Shown here: piece after piece, positions 1-9,186 of the stretch
How the letters are laid out: each line of letters starts with the position of its first letter
Position numbering within the stretch: the stretch's first letter is position 1
The notes under the pieces: generated by a model
Databases searched by the model: none
What the model was told of the DNA's origin: nothing
What the model saw: only the letters and a program-made list of their open reading frames with translations
DNA from: a virus
Lineage: Duplodnaviria; Caudoviricetes
Reading direction: 5' to 3' (one strand)
Length of the DNA stretch: 64,000 nucleotides
IMG/VR virus record: IMGVR_UViG_3300021400_000056
Span: 30,581 to 94,580 of that record
Translations under genes and position numbers: made by a program

Positions 1-396
1 CCATCTTCCTGGCGGGAAGAAATGATCCAAAGCATCTTCTTTGTACCGTTCCACGCTCATATTCACGCCGTCTGTAAACAGACACCATTTCCCGTCTTCC
101 GGCATCCTTTCGGAACATGGAAATGGTATCCACAACTGTTCTGACTGTGCAGAATGAAAATATTTTTCAAGAAGTGCTGTGTCTATTATGCTAAGACCCC
201 GCTTACGGCAGTACTCCTTAACCGCCTCATGGGACGGTTCTTCTGGAGGTGCGGGTGGCACGGTTTCAATCGCAAGCCTGTCTAAATCATACTGATTTGC
301 ACAACCCAACTCGTAATCACCGCCTGTCCATAAATGCGGTCTTTCACCATGAGCCTCTATCGCGTCTTGCCTGCTGATGCAATCGGTATCCGACAC
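1..396 (-). CDS. Partial phage protein (DUF551-like; ISRQDAI...WIPFPCSERMPE), runs off the window edge
   Basis: Manual translation from GTG at 396; typical phage WIP-x-SERxP motif. Confidence 0.6.
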   Translation of the reverse strand, partial: MSDTDCISRQDAIEAHGERPHLWTGGDYELGCANQYDLDRLAIETVPPAPPEEPSHEAVKEYCRKRGLSIIDTALLEKYFHSAQSEQLWIPFPCSERMPEDGKWCLFTDGVNMSVERYKEDALDHFFPPGRW

Positions 397-400
397 GTGC

Positions 401-688
401 TCAATCCGTTCCTTTCCCTTCATTGTTAAGTCGTTCACTGTAATAGTCCTCCTTCTCCCAATACAGTTCTTTTATTACTTCGCCCTCAGTGTTGTAGACC
501 CGGTCCACTTCAAAGCGATCAAAATCCAATTCTGGATACTTGCTTGGCTTGTACTTAGCATGGTTTACGTCAGTTGTATGAGTACATGTCGACAGATTTA
601 ACGGATTCCCAAGAAAACATCCATAGGGATTTTTACAAGCCTTTCCGTCACAAATATACGCTACGGTCTTATGTATCTCACCTGTCAT
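401..688 (-). CDS. Hypothetical Cys-rich phage protein
   Basis: ORF in a tightly packed minus-strand operon. Confidence 0.6.
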   Translation of the reverse strand: MTGEIHKTVAYICDGKACKNPYGCFLGNPLNLSTCTHTTDVNHAKYKPSKYPELDFDRFEVDRVYNTEGEVIKELYWEKEDYYSERLNNEGKGTD

Positions 689-884
689 CTATTTTATGCT
701 CCTTATCATAATATTCTTCTTTAACACCGTACACATGTCTATCCGGATAAAAGCGTTCGGCTATAATATAATAGTCAGTTGTCTTATCCTTAACAAAGCT
801 ACAAACCAATAGAGTGTCGTCGTAATCAACCAAGAATATAAGTTTCTTGATTAGCCACCATAAGAATTTCTTCATCTGTGGCAT
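678..884 (-). CDS. Hypothetical protein
   Basis: AAGGAG RBS; overlaps its neighbours. Confidence 0.6.
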   Translation of the reverse strand: MPQMKKFLWWLIKKLIFLVDYDDTLLVCSFVKDKTTDYYIIAERFYPDRHVYGVKEEYYDKEHKIDDR

Positions 885-1201
885 CTCCTTTTTGTTTTCC
901 AGAGCTTTAGAGTGAAGAGTACAAGATCATCGTAGTCGACAGCTACACCAACGTTTCCGAGATGATGCTCGCCATATGTGCAAGGATCGTACGACTGAAG
1001 CCAACCTTTCTTATGCCATAAAACAACCTTGTGCTCGTATGCTCCAGCTTTTTCGGTTTTTATGTATTCTGTCGAATTTCTGCACTGATTAACATTCCAT
1101 CCACGTCGTGTTAAAGCAAAATCGAAAAAGTCATTTACGCCCGTATCACTATGTTCACGGCTTTGAATCCTTCTCCAATTTAAATAATCAAGAAGTAACA
1201 T
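872..1201 (-). CDS. Hypothetical protein
   Basis: ORF; start moved to MLLLLD to avoid a long overlap. Confidence 0.55.
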   Translation of the reverse strand: MLLLDYLNWRRIQSREHSDTGVNDFFDFALTRRGWNVNQCRNSTEYIKTEKAGAYEHKVVLWHKKGWLQSYDPCTYGEHHLGNVGVAVDYDDLVLFTLKLWKTKRRCHR

Positions 1202-1382
1202 TAATCTCGTTCTCCCTTTCCATTTTAGCAATGAAGCTAAGCACCTCATCATACGTGTTAAGCGCTCTAATATGAGCTAGTCTCTGGGCTGGATCTATTT
1301 CATCAGCGATCTGAAGAGCTACAAATGATCTTCTTCTCTCGCACATTTCCTTTATTCTTATCACGTCTTTACTCAGGCTCAT
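1188..1382 (-). CDS. Hypothetical protein
   Basis: GAGG RBS; operon packing. Confidence 0.6.
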   Translation of the reverse strand: MSLSKDVIRIKEMCERRRSFVALQIADEIDPAQRLAHIRALNTYDEVLSFIAKMERENEINVTS

Positions 1383-1617
1383 CTAATTCCTCCTCGTAAC
1401 GATAGTAGAAGGCCGAGAGCAGCGCTCCGATTACTAGAAGAATAAACCCCATAAATATACATCTTACTGTAAACTCGCCTTCAACTACCGAGAATAAAAT
1501 AAAAACCGTGAAAGCAATTGCTCCCACGGTGTATGGAATAATCTCTTCGCAGATGAAGTTTCGAATCAGGATCCAGATACTTTCAACCTTAAGGCCAACG
1601 TCATTAATCATATCCAA
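1369..1617 (-). CDS. Small membrane protein (2 TM)
   Basis: Two hydrophobic segments; AGGAGG RBS. Confidence 0.6.
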   Translation of the reverse strand: MDMINDVGLKVESIWILIRNFICEEIIPYTVGAIAFTVFILFSVVEGEFTVRCIFMGFILLVIGALLSAFYYRYEEELDEPE

Positions 1618-1623
1618 AATATA

Positions 1624-1788
1624 CTACCTCCTGCTCTTCTTCTCTTCCCTGAGCTCGTACTTCTCAGGTCTTCTAGAGTCTTCCCTTGCAGTTATAGATA
1701 CACAACTCCTGCACGGCTCCTCTTCTTCTGAAACGTTCTCGTGCTTGCATCTGCAGCAGTACTCATCAAATTCTACTATTCTAAGCAT
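1624..1788 (-). CDS. Small Cys-rich protein (MLRIVEFDEYCCRCKH...EPCRSC), 54 aa, not in the ORF track
   Basis: Manual translation; AAGGAG RBS; fills the gap between ORFs. Confidence 0.65.
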   Translation of the reverse strand: MLRIVEFDEYCCRCKHENVSEEEEPCRSCVSITAREDSRRPEKYELREEKKSRR

Positions 1789-1790
1789 TC

Positions 1791-2594
1791 TTACGACTCC
1801 TTACTTAATTCAATAATCTTCTCGGTTATCTGCCCACGGTAATAAGAGTTCGTCATTGAATCTCCAATCTCCTGAAGGGCTTTAAGCGCATACAAATATC
1901 CTTCGTCATTCTCTTCAACGAGATCAACAATCTTTTCTGCGTAGTCGATCTTGTAATAATCAGAAGCTTTTAAAGCAACTGCAAGTATTGCTTTAACGGC
2001 AACGTCTGTCGTGTTGCTGGCATTAAAGACTACATTTGACTGATAGCCATTTACAGTCGGAGCAATACGTCCTTCGTAAGTACGTCTGATTTTATTAATG
2101 GCCTCAAGAGTAGCCTCGTTAATTCCAACAAGCATCTTGTCTCTTGCCGCTGCTACAGCTTCCTCCCTGACTTCCGACGGATCAATATCACCTACTCTCT
2201 TAAGAAGGTCTTTCGTGAGATCTTTCTGCATCTCTTTCCATGTCGACTCTACGGTGTTATCGATCTTTGCGTTCCAGTGCTTAATGCAACTGTTGCATGC
2301 CATCTCTGCTTGCCTTTTAACCTCGGTATCAGCTTTCTGCTTTACCGCTTTATTCACAGACTCCTCAATCATGGAATCATGAATATGGCTTGCGATCTCA
2401 TCAGAGAGTTTATCAGTACCGTCAACGATCATACCGCCAAATCTGTTAACGGTATTTTCGCATTTGCTTACCATGTCACTCGCCTTCTTCGAGACATGCA
2501 CCGCGTATCCAAGAGTTCCTGCAGAGAGAAGAGAAAGGCCAGCCAATGCGATGTTTTTCATAGTGTTCGCGTTCATGTTAATGTTCAGGTTCAT
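1791..2594 (-). CDS. Membrane-anchored coiled-coil protein
   Basis: N-terminal hydrophobic helix, helical Ala/Glu/Lys-rich body; AAAGGAG RBS. Confidence 0.75.
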   Translation of the reverse strand: MNLNINMNANTMKNIALAGLSLLSAGTLGYAVHVSKKASDMVSKCENTVNRFGGMIVDGTDKLSDEIASHIHDSMIEESVNKAVKQKADTEVKRQAEMACNSCIKHWNAKIDNTVESTWKEMQKDLTKDLLKRVGDIDPSEVREEAVAAARDKMLVGINEATLEAINKIRRTYEGRIAPTVNGYQSNVVFNASNTTDVAVKAILAVALKASDYYKIDYAEKIVDLVEENDEGYLYALKALQEIGDSMTNSYYRGQITEKIIELSKES

Positions 2595-2650
2595 AAGTTT
2601 GCTCCTTTCAAGAAAAAAATATAAAGTTTAAGAAAAGAAGATGAGGACAA

Positions 2651-2854
2651 TTAATCCCCATCTTCAAAAAACACATGTTCGAGTCTATTAATGCTTACGC
2701 CGCTTTCAAACAGCTCATCGTCACCGTCAAAATGGATCACTGCACAGGGCTCTCTGGTAATGGATCCATAAAACCCCTTTATAGTTCCTTTTTTACCGTT
2801 GAACCTTATTCTAGATCCGACTTTAAAATCTTCAATTCCGATGTGATCTGCCAT
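2651..2854 (-). CDS. Small SH3/KOW-like protein in a motif-gene-terminator unit
   Basis: FKVGSRIRF..KKGTIKG pattern; RBS; terminator overlaps the 3' end. Confidence 0.6.
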   Translation of the reverse strand: MADHIGIEDFKVGSRIRFNGKKGTIKGFYGSITREPCAVIHFDGDDELFESGVSINRLEHVFFEDGD

Positions 2855-2919
2855 ACAACGTACTCCTTTCTAGAAATCAAATAATATGTTCTATTAAGGA
2901 ACTAATATTTTTACGACTC

Positions 2920-3183
2920 TTATCCGATTTGATGTAGACAGTCGTCTAAGTCGCCTTTCGATACTTTAAGCGGAAACACGCTATCGTTGACGATTCCCAT
3001 CCTTCTCATGCCAAGTGTGGTTCCATCAAAACATTCTTTATCAGTGTGTTCTGCGATATCACATAGTTCTTCGATTTCATCAGTCCGGCCCATAATATAC
3101 AGATTATAGAGACCAAATGCCAACGATCCTACAGTTGCAATCACCTGTGCTGGTTTCGAGTTAAAGATGTTTTTGAGATACAT
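2920..3183 (-). CDS. Small membrane-anchored protein
   Basis: AAAGGAG RBS; one TM segment. Confidence 0.65.
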   Translation of the reverse strand: MYLKNIFNSKPAQVIATVGSLAFGLYNLYIMGRTDEIEELCDIAEHTDKECFDGTTLGMRRMGIVNDSVFPLKVSKGDLDDCLHQIG

Positions 3184-3210
3184 AGAGTTGCTCCTTTCAA
3201 GAAAAAAAAT

Positions 3211-3354
3211 AAGAGTAGAATTGGACGGTTAGATTACCCCATTGCTTTTGCAACGTCTTCGTCTGCTTTCGCAGTGTAACCAGCTAACCCTCTTATATGC
3301 AAGCCGCCAGTCTTGCAAGGCCACTTCCCAAGCAATTGCTTGATGTCTACTCTT
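3211..3354 (-). ncRNA. Candidate structured small RNA
   Basis: AAGAGUAGA/UCUACUCUU closing stem, several internal hairpins, U-tract; directly downstream of a motif copy; no ORF. Confidence 0.55.
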
Positions 3355-3374
3355 CATTTAGGCCTCAAAAAATT

Positions 3375-3569
3375 TTACGAATTGGATGTGCTCGGTTTAG
3401 AAATATCCTGATCCAGCAGATCCTGCATACATACCCATCTAACCGTTTTGTTAGACGCAGATGCACAGTTGCTACAAACTCCGGTGCAAGTACTATTCGG
3501 ATCATTACATTTATACATTAACAGCGGAACTCCGTATATGCAGTCGTTGCAATTTTTATTGCATGTCAT
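3375..3569 (-). CDS. Cys-rich small protein
   Basis: ORF with many Cys; GGAG RBS; its stop codon is part of the TCGTAA motif. Confidence 0.55.
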   Translation of the reverse strand: MTCNKNCNDCIYGVPLLMYKCNDPNSTCTGVCSNCASASNKTVRWVCMQDLLDQDISKPSTSNS

Positions 3570-4128
3570 CAGGATTCTCCTCAACCTCTACATTCTCATC
3601 TTCCTTCTCCATCTCCTCATCAAGTTTCGTGTTAATACGATATAAAATATACTCGACCCTCTTTCTGGTCTTATCGCTGAAGATGATTCGATCTTTTCTC
3701 TTATCGTACCACTTAAAAATCTCATAAAGATCACCGGACCGGAAACTAAAACTCCACCAGTCGCAGATCATCTCGACGATGTACGGGTCTGGCATATCCA
3801 GCGCTTTATATGGCTTATCACCAGTCGGATCGCCCTCAAACAAGATCCAGTGCTGCCAATGATGAGGGTTTGCATGAATATGGTGAAGCCACGCCTGATC
3901 GAATTTCTTCTTGGCTTCATAAGATTTGTTTCCGTAGAAATAGTTATCATATGCATCGTACTCCTCGGTTAAATATTTACTCTCATCATGCTCAAAGCAT
4001 GTATTCCACTTGTACGATCCTGCAAATTCAGGAAGTAGAATATCCGGCAGCTTTTCCTCAATCCAACTAAACGCAGATGCAACAGCTGCCTTGTGCTCTG
4101 CTATATAAGTGTCATATGCGTTACTCAT
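3556..4128 (-). CDS. DUF5662-like HD-type metal-dependent phosphohydrolase
   Basis: HDESK...AWLHHIHANPHHWQHW...EMICDWWS motifs; start at MSNAY after AAGGAG. Confidence 0.7.
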   Translation of the reverse strand: MSNAYDTYIAEHKAAVASAFSWIEEKLPDILLPEFAGSYKWNTCFEHDESKYLTEEYDAYDNYFYGNKSYEAKKKFDQAWLHHIHANPHHWQHWILFEGDPTGDKPYKALDMPDPYIVEMICDWWSFSFRSGDLYEIFKWYDKRKDRIIFSDKTRKRVEYILYRINTKLDEEMEKEDENVEVEENPDDMQ

Positions 4129-4129
4129 A

Positions 4130-4396
4130 TTATCTCCTTCTCTTCTTATATGAATCCCGATGATTGTACTCGAAATCGACTTTTTCAGGAATTTCCCATC
4201 CAGAAATATCATCGATGTCGGCTTCGAGTCTTTTCATTTTACGGATCCTCATCATCTTAGACCTAATCAAGTTCATATACATTCCGTCCGTCCAACATCT
4301 TGTATCATTGCCTCTTGTTCTGACAGTATTCCATTCGCGTCTTGCTTCTGTGAACTGCTTATCAAGAGGCCTTTCGTCGATTTCTAAATGAATCAT
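4130..4396 (-). CDS. Hypothetical protein
   Basis: ORF in operon. Confidence 0.55.
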   Translation of the reverse strand: MIHLEIDERPLDKQFTEARREWNTVRTRGNDTRCWTDGMYMNLIRSKMMRIRKMKRLEADIDDISGWEIPEKVDFEYNHRDSYKKRRR

Positions 4397-4404
4397 CTTT
4401 CTCT

Positions 4405-4578
4405 TTATAGCTCTCCTTTATAAGCTAAATCACAAATATACTCAGTTGCATCGCCCCAACTCATGTCATGGTCTCCGTTTACCAGTTCCTCTACTCTGTC
4501 GACAAGCATCTCATACTCATATCCGGTATCGATCGCCGTTTCATGCAGATCGATTGACAAGTCTCTCATTTTAACCAT
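4405..4578 (-). CDS. Hypothetical protein, paralogue of 5573-5758
   Basis: Shared TGY..E.L...YICD.A pattern; GAGGTG RBS. Confidence 0.6.
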   Translation of the reverse strand: MVKMRDLSIDLHETAIDTGYEYEMLVDRVEELVNGDHDMSWGDATEYICDLAYKGEL

Positions 4579-5272
4579 CACTTTCACCTCGAATTTCTTT
4601 AATGTAAGGAAGAGAGTTAAGAATATCAACGAAGGTGTTCCACTCGTCAAGTTTGTGACCGGTTCTCTGATTGATCATAGACATGACGTTTTCATAGTTC
4701 ATAGTTACTGTACGTCTCTGATTGTATGAGCTCGGAAGCAATTGAATCATCTGCCACCATGCGGCTTTAGACTTCTTTTCTTTTTCTATATACATATTCC
4801 TCGCCACATTTAGAAATTTGATTGTGACTTCCAGACAGTCATTAATGGCGCTATCTGTCAACTCTTCATGGCTGAAGTCATCCAGAGTAAATTCTTTTGC
4901 GTGAATCTTATGCATTGTAGAGCAAGAATTAGCAACCGTGCCAACCTTATAGGTATCAAACTCCTTCCACCAGTACAGTGGCGCCGTAATATCCATACTG
5001 ACAAATATCTGTCTAAGATACTTCCGATGCTCTGTACCCGCTTTATAAAGTCTACGCATAAGGTCTAAATCATTTTTACCAATTTTGATATTCAAATTAT
5101 ATTTATCGTTCCATTCCCAATATTTATCCTGCATTGGATCATCCGGAGCAAAATTTTCAACCACATTGAACGCCACACTACTATCACTCTTACTGTGGCT
5201 ATTCATAGGATTTCGCATACCTCTGATAGCATGCTCAAAACCCCAGACGTCAATGTTTTCTACTTTAATCAT
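4571..5272 (-). CDS. ThyX-like (flavin-dependent thymidylate synthase fold) phage protein
   Basis: AIRGMRNP..S, HRKYLRQI, APLYWWKEFDTY, NSCSTMH, LLPSSY, R..HKLDEW motifs typical of this divergent phage family. Confidence 0.6.
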   Translation of the reverse strand: MIKVENIDVWGFEHAIRGMRNPMNSHSKSDSSVAFNVVENFAPDDPMQDKYWEWNDKYNLNIKIGKNDLDLMRRLYKAGTEHRKYLRQIFVSMDITAPLYWWKEFDTYKVGTVANSCSTMHKIHAKEFTLDDFSHEELTDSAINDCLEVTIKFLNVARNMYIEKEKKSKAAWWQMIQLLPSSYNQRRTVTMNYENVMSMINQRTGHKLDEWNTFVDILNSLPYIKEIRGESDG

Positions 5273-5571
5273 TTACAGACCTCTTCTAATAATTCTTTTC
5301 CTCTTTTAGAACGTGCGAGTTTTTCAGCCATAACAACTGCGGCATTTTCAATAATTTCATCTCTATGCGCTTCAAGAAATTTATCAATCTGCGCTTCGAC
5401 TAAAACTCTCATGCCATCAGAAACTCTATCACCATAATACTTTTTTGCATTATCAGTTAACGTTTTCTTAACATAATCATTTATCATATTAAGAACTTTA
5501 CCTTCATAATCTCGCTGAAGAACTTCTTCCATTTTCTGCTCATCAACCTGTAACGGGATATTAATAATCAT
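5269..5571 (-). CDS. Hypothetical protein
   Basis: ORF from MIINIP with GGGAG RBS. Confidence 0.65.
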   Translation of the reverse strand: MIINIPLQVDEQKMEEVLQRDYEGKVLNMINDYVKKTLTDNAKKYYGDRVSDGMRVLVEAQIDKFLEAHRDEIIENAAVVMAEKLARSKRGKELLEEVCK

Positions 5572-5572
5572 C

Positions 5573-5758
5573 TTAAATGTCTCCCTTCTTAAGCGAGTTC
5601 TTTCTCGCCATGTCACAAATATAATTAATAGCTTCGATGAGATTTCCGCTCACATTATTGTATCGATCGAGAATCTCTTTCTTAAGAAACTCCTCGCTAT
5701 AGCCAGTCTCCTTGACAATCCCATCAAGGTTCAAGTTCATGTCACCGATTGTAACCAT
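5573..5758 (-). CDS. Hypothetical protein, paralogue of 4405-4578
   Basis: AGGAGG RBS before MVTIGD. Confidence 0.65.
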   Translation of the reverse strand: MVTIGDMNLNLDGIVKETGYSEEFLKKEILDRYNNVSGNLIEAINYICDMARKNSLKKGDI

Positions 5759-5759
5759 A

Positions 5760-6635
5760 TTAGTTACCTCCTTTATTATTTCCAAACGCAGCAAACGCTT
5801 CTCTATAAACTTCGATCTTTGCCTGACAGATCTCAAGCATCTGACGAAGAACAATCACATCGTCCGATTCCGTCTTAACTTCGACTGGAACTTCTTTCTC
5901 AACGACCTTTTCGACAACTTTCTCGACTTCAACCGTAGTGCCCTCGATCTTAAGATACTCTGCAAGTTTGTCCTTGACGTTCTTAAGAGGCGTAGCAAGA
6001 ACTTCATTACTGGCCGATAGGAATCTAATCGGAACTGTGGACAGTCTTGAAATATCAATAAAATAGTCCTTAAACAAACTGCCAACCTTCAACGAATAAG
6101 GACTGTCAGATGCTCCTGTCCAAGCTTCACAAAGCCTAAAACCAGTGGCGTTATCCCCATATGAATTAAGAACAAGGAAATCGTATGTGTCGCCGTTTGC
6201 AGTTCTATGCTCGACAATAGATCCGGGAGCAAGGTTTAAGTTCATTTTATCGACCTCCCTTATTGCAGCTGAAGCAGTCGGATCAGAATATCCTTCCGAA
6301 TTCTTACCCTTTGAGAAATTAGTGTCTGACTTGTCCTTAAGTTTTTCTGCCCTATCAATATAAAAGTAGGTAACCCCTTTTGTGTTACCTGACTTTCTGA
6401 TGATGCCTTTATCGATTAGAGCGTTAGCATCGTTCTGAAGAAGCTCTTTTGAATTCCAAAGAGGAACAATATCTTTCTTCATCACACCTTTCTCTCCCGC
6501 ATCCTTAACGATAGAAAGAAGGGTTGCCTGCCTGTCGAAACGATTCATTCCGGAAGAGTCGGTTCTTGTGTCAAGAATCACATCGCATCCACTTTTCTCA
6601 TACTCTTTAACAAGATCATCCATAATTTTGCTCAT
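5760..6635 (-). CDS. Protein with N-terminal winged-helix-like region, KNSEGYSDPTA motif and C-terminal coiled coil
   Basis: LIDKGIIRKSG..KGVTY wHTH wing; NSEGYxDPTA phage motif. Confidence 0.7.
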   Translation of the reverse strand: MSKIMDDLVKEYEKSGCDVILDTRTDSSGMNRFDRQATLLSIVKDAGEKGVMKKDIVPLWNSKELLQNDANALIDKGIIRKSGNTKGVTYFYIDRAEKLKDKSDTNFSKGKNSEGYSDPTASAAIREVDKMNLNLAPGSIVEHRTANGDTYDFLVLNSYGDNATGFRLCEAWTGASDSPYSLKVGSLFKDYFIDISRLSTVPIRFLSASNEVLATPLKNVKDKLAEYLKIEGTTVEVEKVVEKVVEKEVPVEVKTESDDVIVLRQMLEICQAKIEVYREAFAAFGNNKGGN

Positions 6636-6677
6636 ATGTAAGCCCCTTTCATTTAATTAGTCAATTGTCAAATATAC

Positions 6678-7034
6678 TTACTCAGTTTCTTCGGAATGCG
6701 TCTCTGCGTACCTTTCTTTTCTGGATCTCGCCCTCCTACAACAGACACAGCGCTTCGGCGGATCAAGTTTCTTTCCTTCATACCATTCCATGTCTTTCTT
6801 CGTGACTATGAAATATAATCCGCACTCTCTGCATCTAACTACTGATACGTTACCTTCTGCATGCTGAATATTCGCGTTCCAGCACATCAGATTTGCCATC
6901 TGGGCGTTGTTTACGCAGATAGAAGTAAGTCCATCGTTTTCACCTACGAGATTGCTCTTACCCGAGGAGTCTTCCTCATTAACATTCGCCACAGTAAACA
7001 GCTTTTCCTCATCGTTCCAATTAAGCTTGTACAT
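6678..7034 (-). CDS. Zinc-ribbon protein (CxxC-x17-PKRCxxC, zf-trcl-like)
   Basis: CRECGLYF...WYEGKKLDPPKRCVCCR; start MYKL after AAAGGAG. Confidence 0.7.
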   Translation of the reverse strand: MYKLNWNDEEKLFTVANVNEEDSSGKSNLVGENDGLTSICVNNAQMANLMCWNANIQHAEGNVSVVRCRECGLYFIVTKKDMEWYEGKKLDPPKRCVCCRRARSRKERYAETHSEETE

Positions 7035-7134
7035 TTGGTTGCTCCTTTCATTATTTGAAATATAAAAAAAGAGCTTCGAACTGAAGCCCTTTTTCCTTCT
7101 TTGTAATTGATCTAAATTTTTATTGCTCATTGTT

Positions 7135-7377
7135 TTACAATCTTCTTCCACATACAGGACAATAGTTCATTACTATTTCCTGCCTGAAGTTTTTAAGAGA
7201 TACGAAATGATCCCTGGCGAACCATACCTCTGCATGAGGAGCCGAGACTGTGCCCTCTCCAGAAGCTATCCAAAGTTCCACATCGAGACTTGTGTCGCCA
7301 AACGGAATTTGAATCATACCAAATTTTTCCATGTCGTCATCATCACAGCAATAAACGCATTTCTTCTGATCGCTCAT
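7135..7377 (-). CDS. Small zinc-finger phage protein
   Basis: CVYC...NYCPVCGRRL. Confidence 0.7.
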   Translation of the reverse strand: MSDQKKCVYCCDDDDMEKFGMIQIPFGDTSLDVELWIASGEGTVSAPHAEVWFARDHFVSLKNFRQEIVMNYCPVCGRRL

Positions 7378-7387
7378 CTTTGCCTCC

Positions 7388-7825
7388 TCATTCGTCTAAG
7401 TTTACTTTCATAGCTACTTCGAAAATATCATTGCAATCGTCGATGTCATCATCAATGATCAGCCCCTTTTCACGAAGCATCTCTTTATACTCGCTAGCGA
7501 AATTACACTCTTGAGAAACCGGACAGACCGCGCATGTATAGTCTTCTCCGTACTGTTCGTCAACCATGTCTCTGAACAGTTCAAATTCAGATACCTTCTT
7601 ACACTGCTTCCCTCTCGCTTCGAGTTTGATTAATGTTTTTGCATCCATTTCATGAACTCCTTTCTTTCTAAGAAACATGTCATAATCAATCTTTGAAATC
7701 TTGTATCCGGTTTTCTTTGCCGTGATGCTAGCTCTAATCTTGCCAGATCGTATCCAACGTCTAACCGTTTCATGGTCAACGTTTAACATTATCGATACAT
7801 CCCTGACAGTATACCATTCTTCCAT
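7388..7825 (-). CDS. Excisionase-type HTH (HTH_17/MerR-like) protein fused to a Cys-containing domain
   Basis: YTVRDVSIMLNVDHETVRRWIRSGKIRA. Confidence 0.75.
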   Translation of the reverse strand: MEEWYTVRDVSIMLNVDHETVRRWIRSGKIRASITAKKTGYKISKIDYDMFLRKKGVHEMDAKTLIKLEARGKQCKKVSEFELFRDMVDEQYGEDYTCAVCPVSQECNFASEYKEMLREKGLIIDDDIDDCNDIFEVAMKVNLDE

Positions 7826-7826
7826 T

Positions 7827-8111
7827 TCATAAGCTCCTTTCATTGTGCTCGTCTATTAATAGCTCCATGACCATGACTTTATTCGTATCTTGAATCGAGG
7901 AAATATACTGTTCAAACGCAACCCTAAGGGCAATGTATTGAGCTTTTGTCATTCTTGTTCGATGCGATTCCATGTTTGATATAGATTGTTTTGTCAAACC
8001 GATCCAAGAACCAACATTTTCAAGTGTTTTCCCCGCAACACTTCGAATTGTTCTCAAATTCTTTTGAAAATATGCTATGTCTTCATTGGTGATTTTAGTA
8101 ACGTCTTTCAT
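7827..8111 (-). CDS. XRE-family HTH regulator
   Basis: LRTIRSVAGKTLENVGSWIGLTKQSISNMES. Confidence 0.8.
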   Translation of the reverse strand: MKDVTKITNEDIAYFQKNLRTIRSVAGKTLENVGSWIGLTKQSISNMESHRTRMTKAQYIALRVAFEQYISSIQDTNKVMVMELLIDEHNERSL

Positions 8112-8141
8112 AAGCTCCTTTCATTATTTGAAATATACTAG

Positions 8142-8180
8142 AAGAAAAAAGAAAAGAGAAAAGAGCCCTAATTTAGGGCT
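8142..8180 (-). terminator. Rho-independent terminator (one of about 15 similar ones between 2.6 and 14.5 kb)
   Basis: AGCCCTAAATTAGGGCT hairpin followed by a T-rich tract on the minus strand. Confidence 0.8.
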
Positions 8181-8201
8181 ACTTCTCCAGATAAGAAATA
8201 G

Positions 8202-8531
8202 TTACTGAAACAAAGGACGATCAACAAGTTCGTTTAACGGAACCTCAACGACACGTATACTGAAATCCACATTTATGCCTTCTTCATCATCGTATGCCTC
8301 GAAAAACAGATCTCCATTATCTAACCAATTTGATTTCAAATCTAAAAGACCTAATTCCTCTCGCTCAACAACCGAAATCTCTTCAGCGCGTTTAGAGTAA
8401 AACTTTTCAAAATCGAACTCTTTGCATGCTCGCATTGCGTCATCTGCGTTTTCAAAGACTCCAAGCAAAAACGACTCCTCGCCCAAATCGTCAAGACCTA
8501 AAATTCCAGTAATACAATAAACGTTTCCCAT
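8202..8531 (-). CDS. Hypothetical acidic protein, paralogue of 9719-10045 and of the 9187 C-terminus
   Basis: VY.I...LGVF.N.D.A..A...IRV.E pattern. Confidence 0.7.
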   Translation of the reverse strand: MGNVYCITGILGLDDLGEESFLLGVFENADDAMRACKEFDFEKFYSKRAEEISVVEREELGLLDLKSNWLDNGDLFFEAYDDEEGINVDFSIRVVEVPLNELVDRPLFQ

Positions 8532-8584
8532 TTCATTTGCTCCTTTCATTTAAGAAATATACTAGAAGAAAAAAGAAGAGAGGA

Positions 8585-8800
8585 CTATTCGTCCTCATCC
8601 TCTTCGTCTTCAGAATCCTCCTTTTTAAAGATCTGAATTGCCTTATCTCCGATCTTGCAAACGACCCACAGTCCGCCGACAGCTCCGACGAACATCGCTC
8701 CTGTGTAAGTGCCGAGTCTAAAACCCGCCACCATCATAGTACCGACGTTGTTCAGTTCTGCTGCTACAGCTTTTCCTACGTTCATTGCCAGACCCTTCAT
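8585..8800 (-). CDS. Small membrane protein with acidic tail
   Basis: Motif upstream, GGAGG RBS, terminator downstream. Confidence 0.7.
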   Translation of the reverse strand: MKGLAMNVGKAVAAELNNVGTMMVAGFRLGTYTGAMFVGAVGGLWVVCKIGDKAIQIFKKEDSEDEEDEDE

Positions 8801-8864
8801 AATAAGTTCCTCCTTTACTTTATATAGGTCTTCTGTTTCATTAAGGCGTCAGAAATTTTTACGA

Positions 8865-9155
8865 TTATTTCTTAATGTCTTCACAAAGAACCATTGGAAC
8901 GTTTCCGCCAAGTGCATCCGTAACCTGACAAAAACCGTAATCATTAATGCAAGTAACAATATCGTGAATCGTCACATTTTCAGCATTATTGAGATCGTCA
9001 ATAAGCCTATTGATTGTGTTTGCCGAATGTAAAGAGCCCAACTTAATTCCTCTTACATACCCGAAAATAAGTCCAACTCCGAGACACGCTACTCCGACCT
9101 TAACTGTTGTTTTATTCTTATCCCACCAAGCCGATACTTTCTTTTTAAGTTCCAT
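8865..9155 (-). CDS. Membrane-anchored hypothetical protein
   Basis: Start MELKKK after AAAGGAG; one TM. Confidence 0.7.
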   Translation of the reverse strand: MELKKKVSAWWDKNKTTVKVGVACLGVGLIFGYVRGIKLGSLHSANTINRLIDDLNNAENVTIHDIVTCINDYGFCQVTDALGGNVPMVLCEDIKK

Positions 9156-9186
9156 TTCATAAGCTCCTTTCATTTTAAGAAATATA

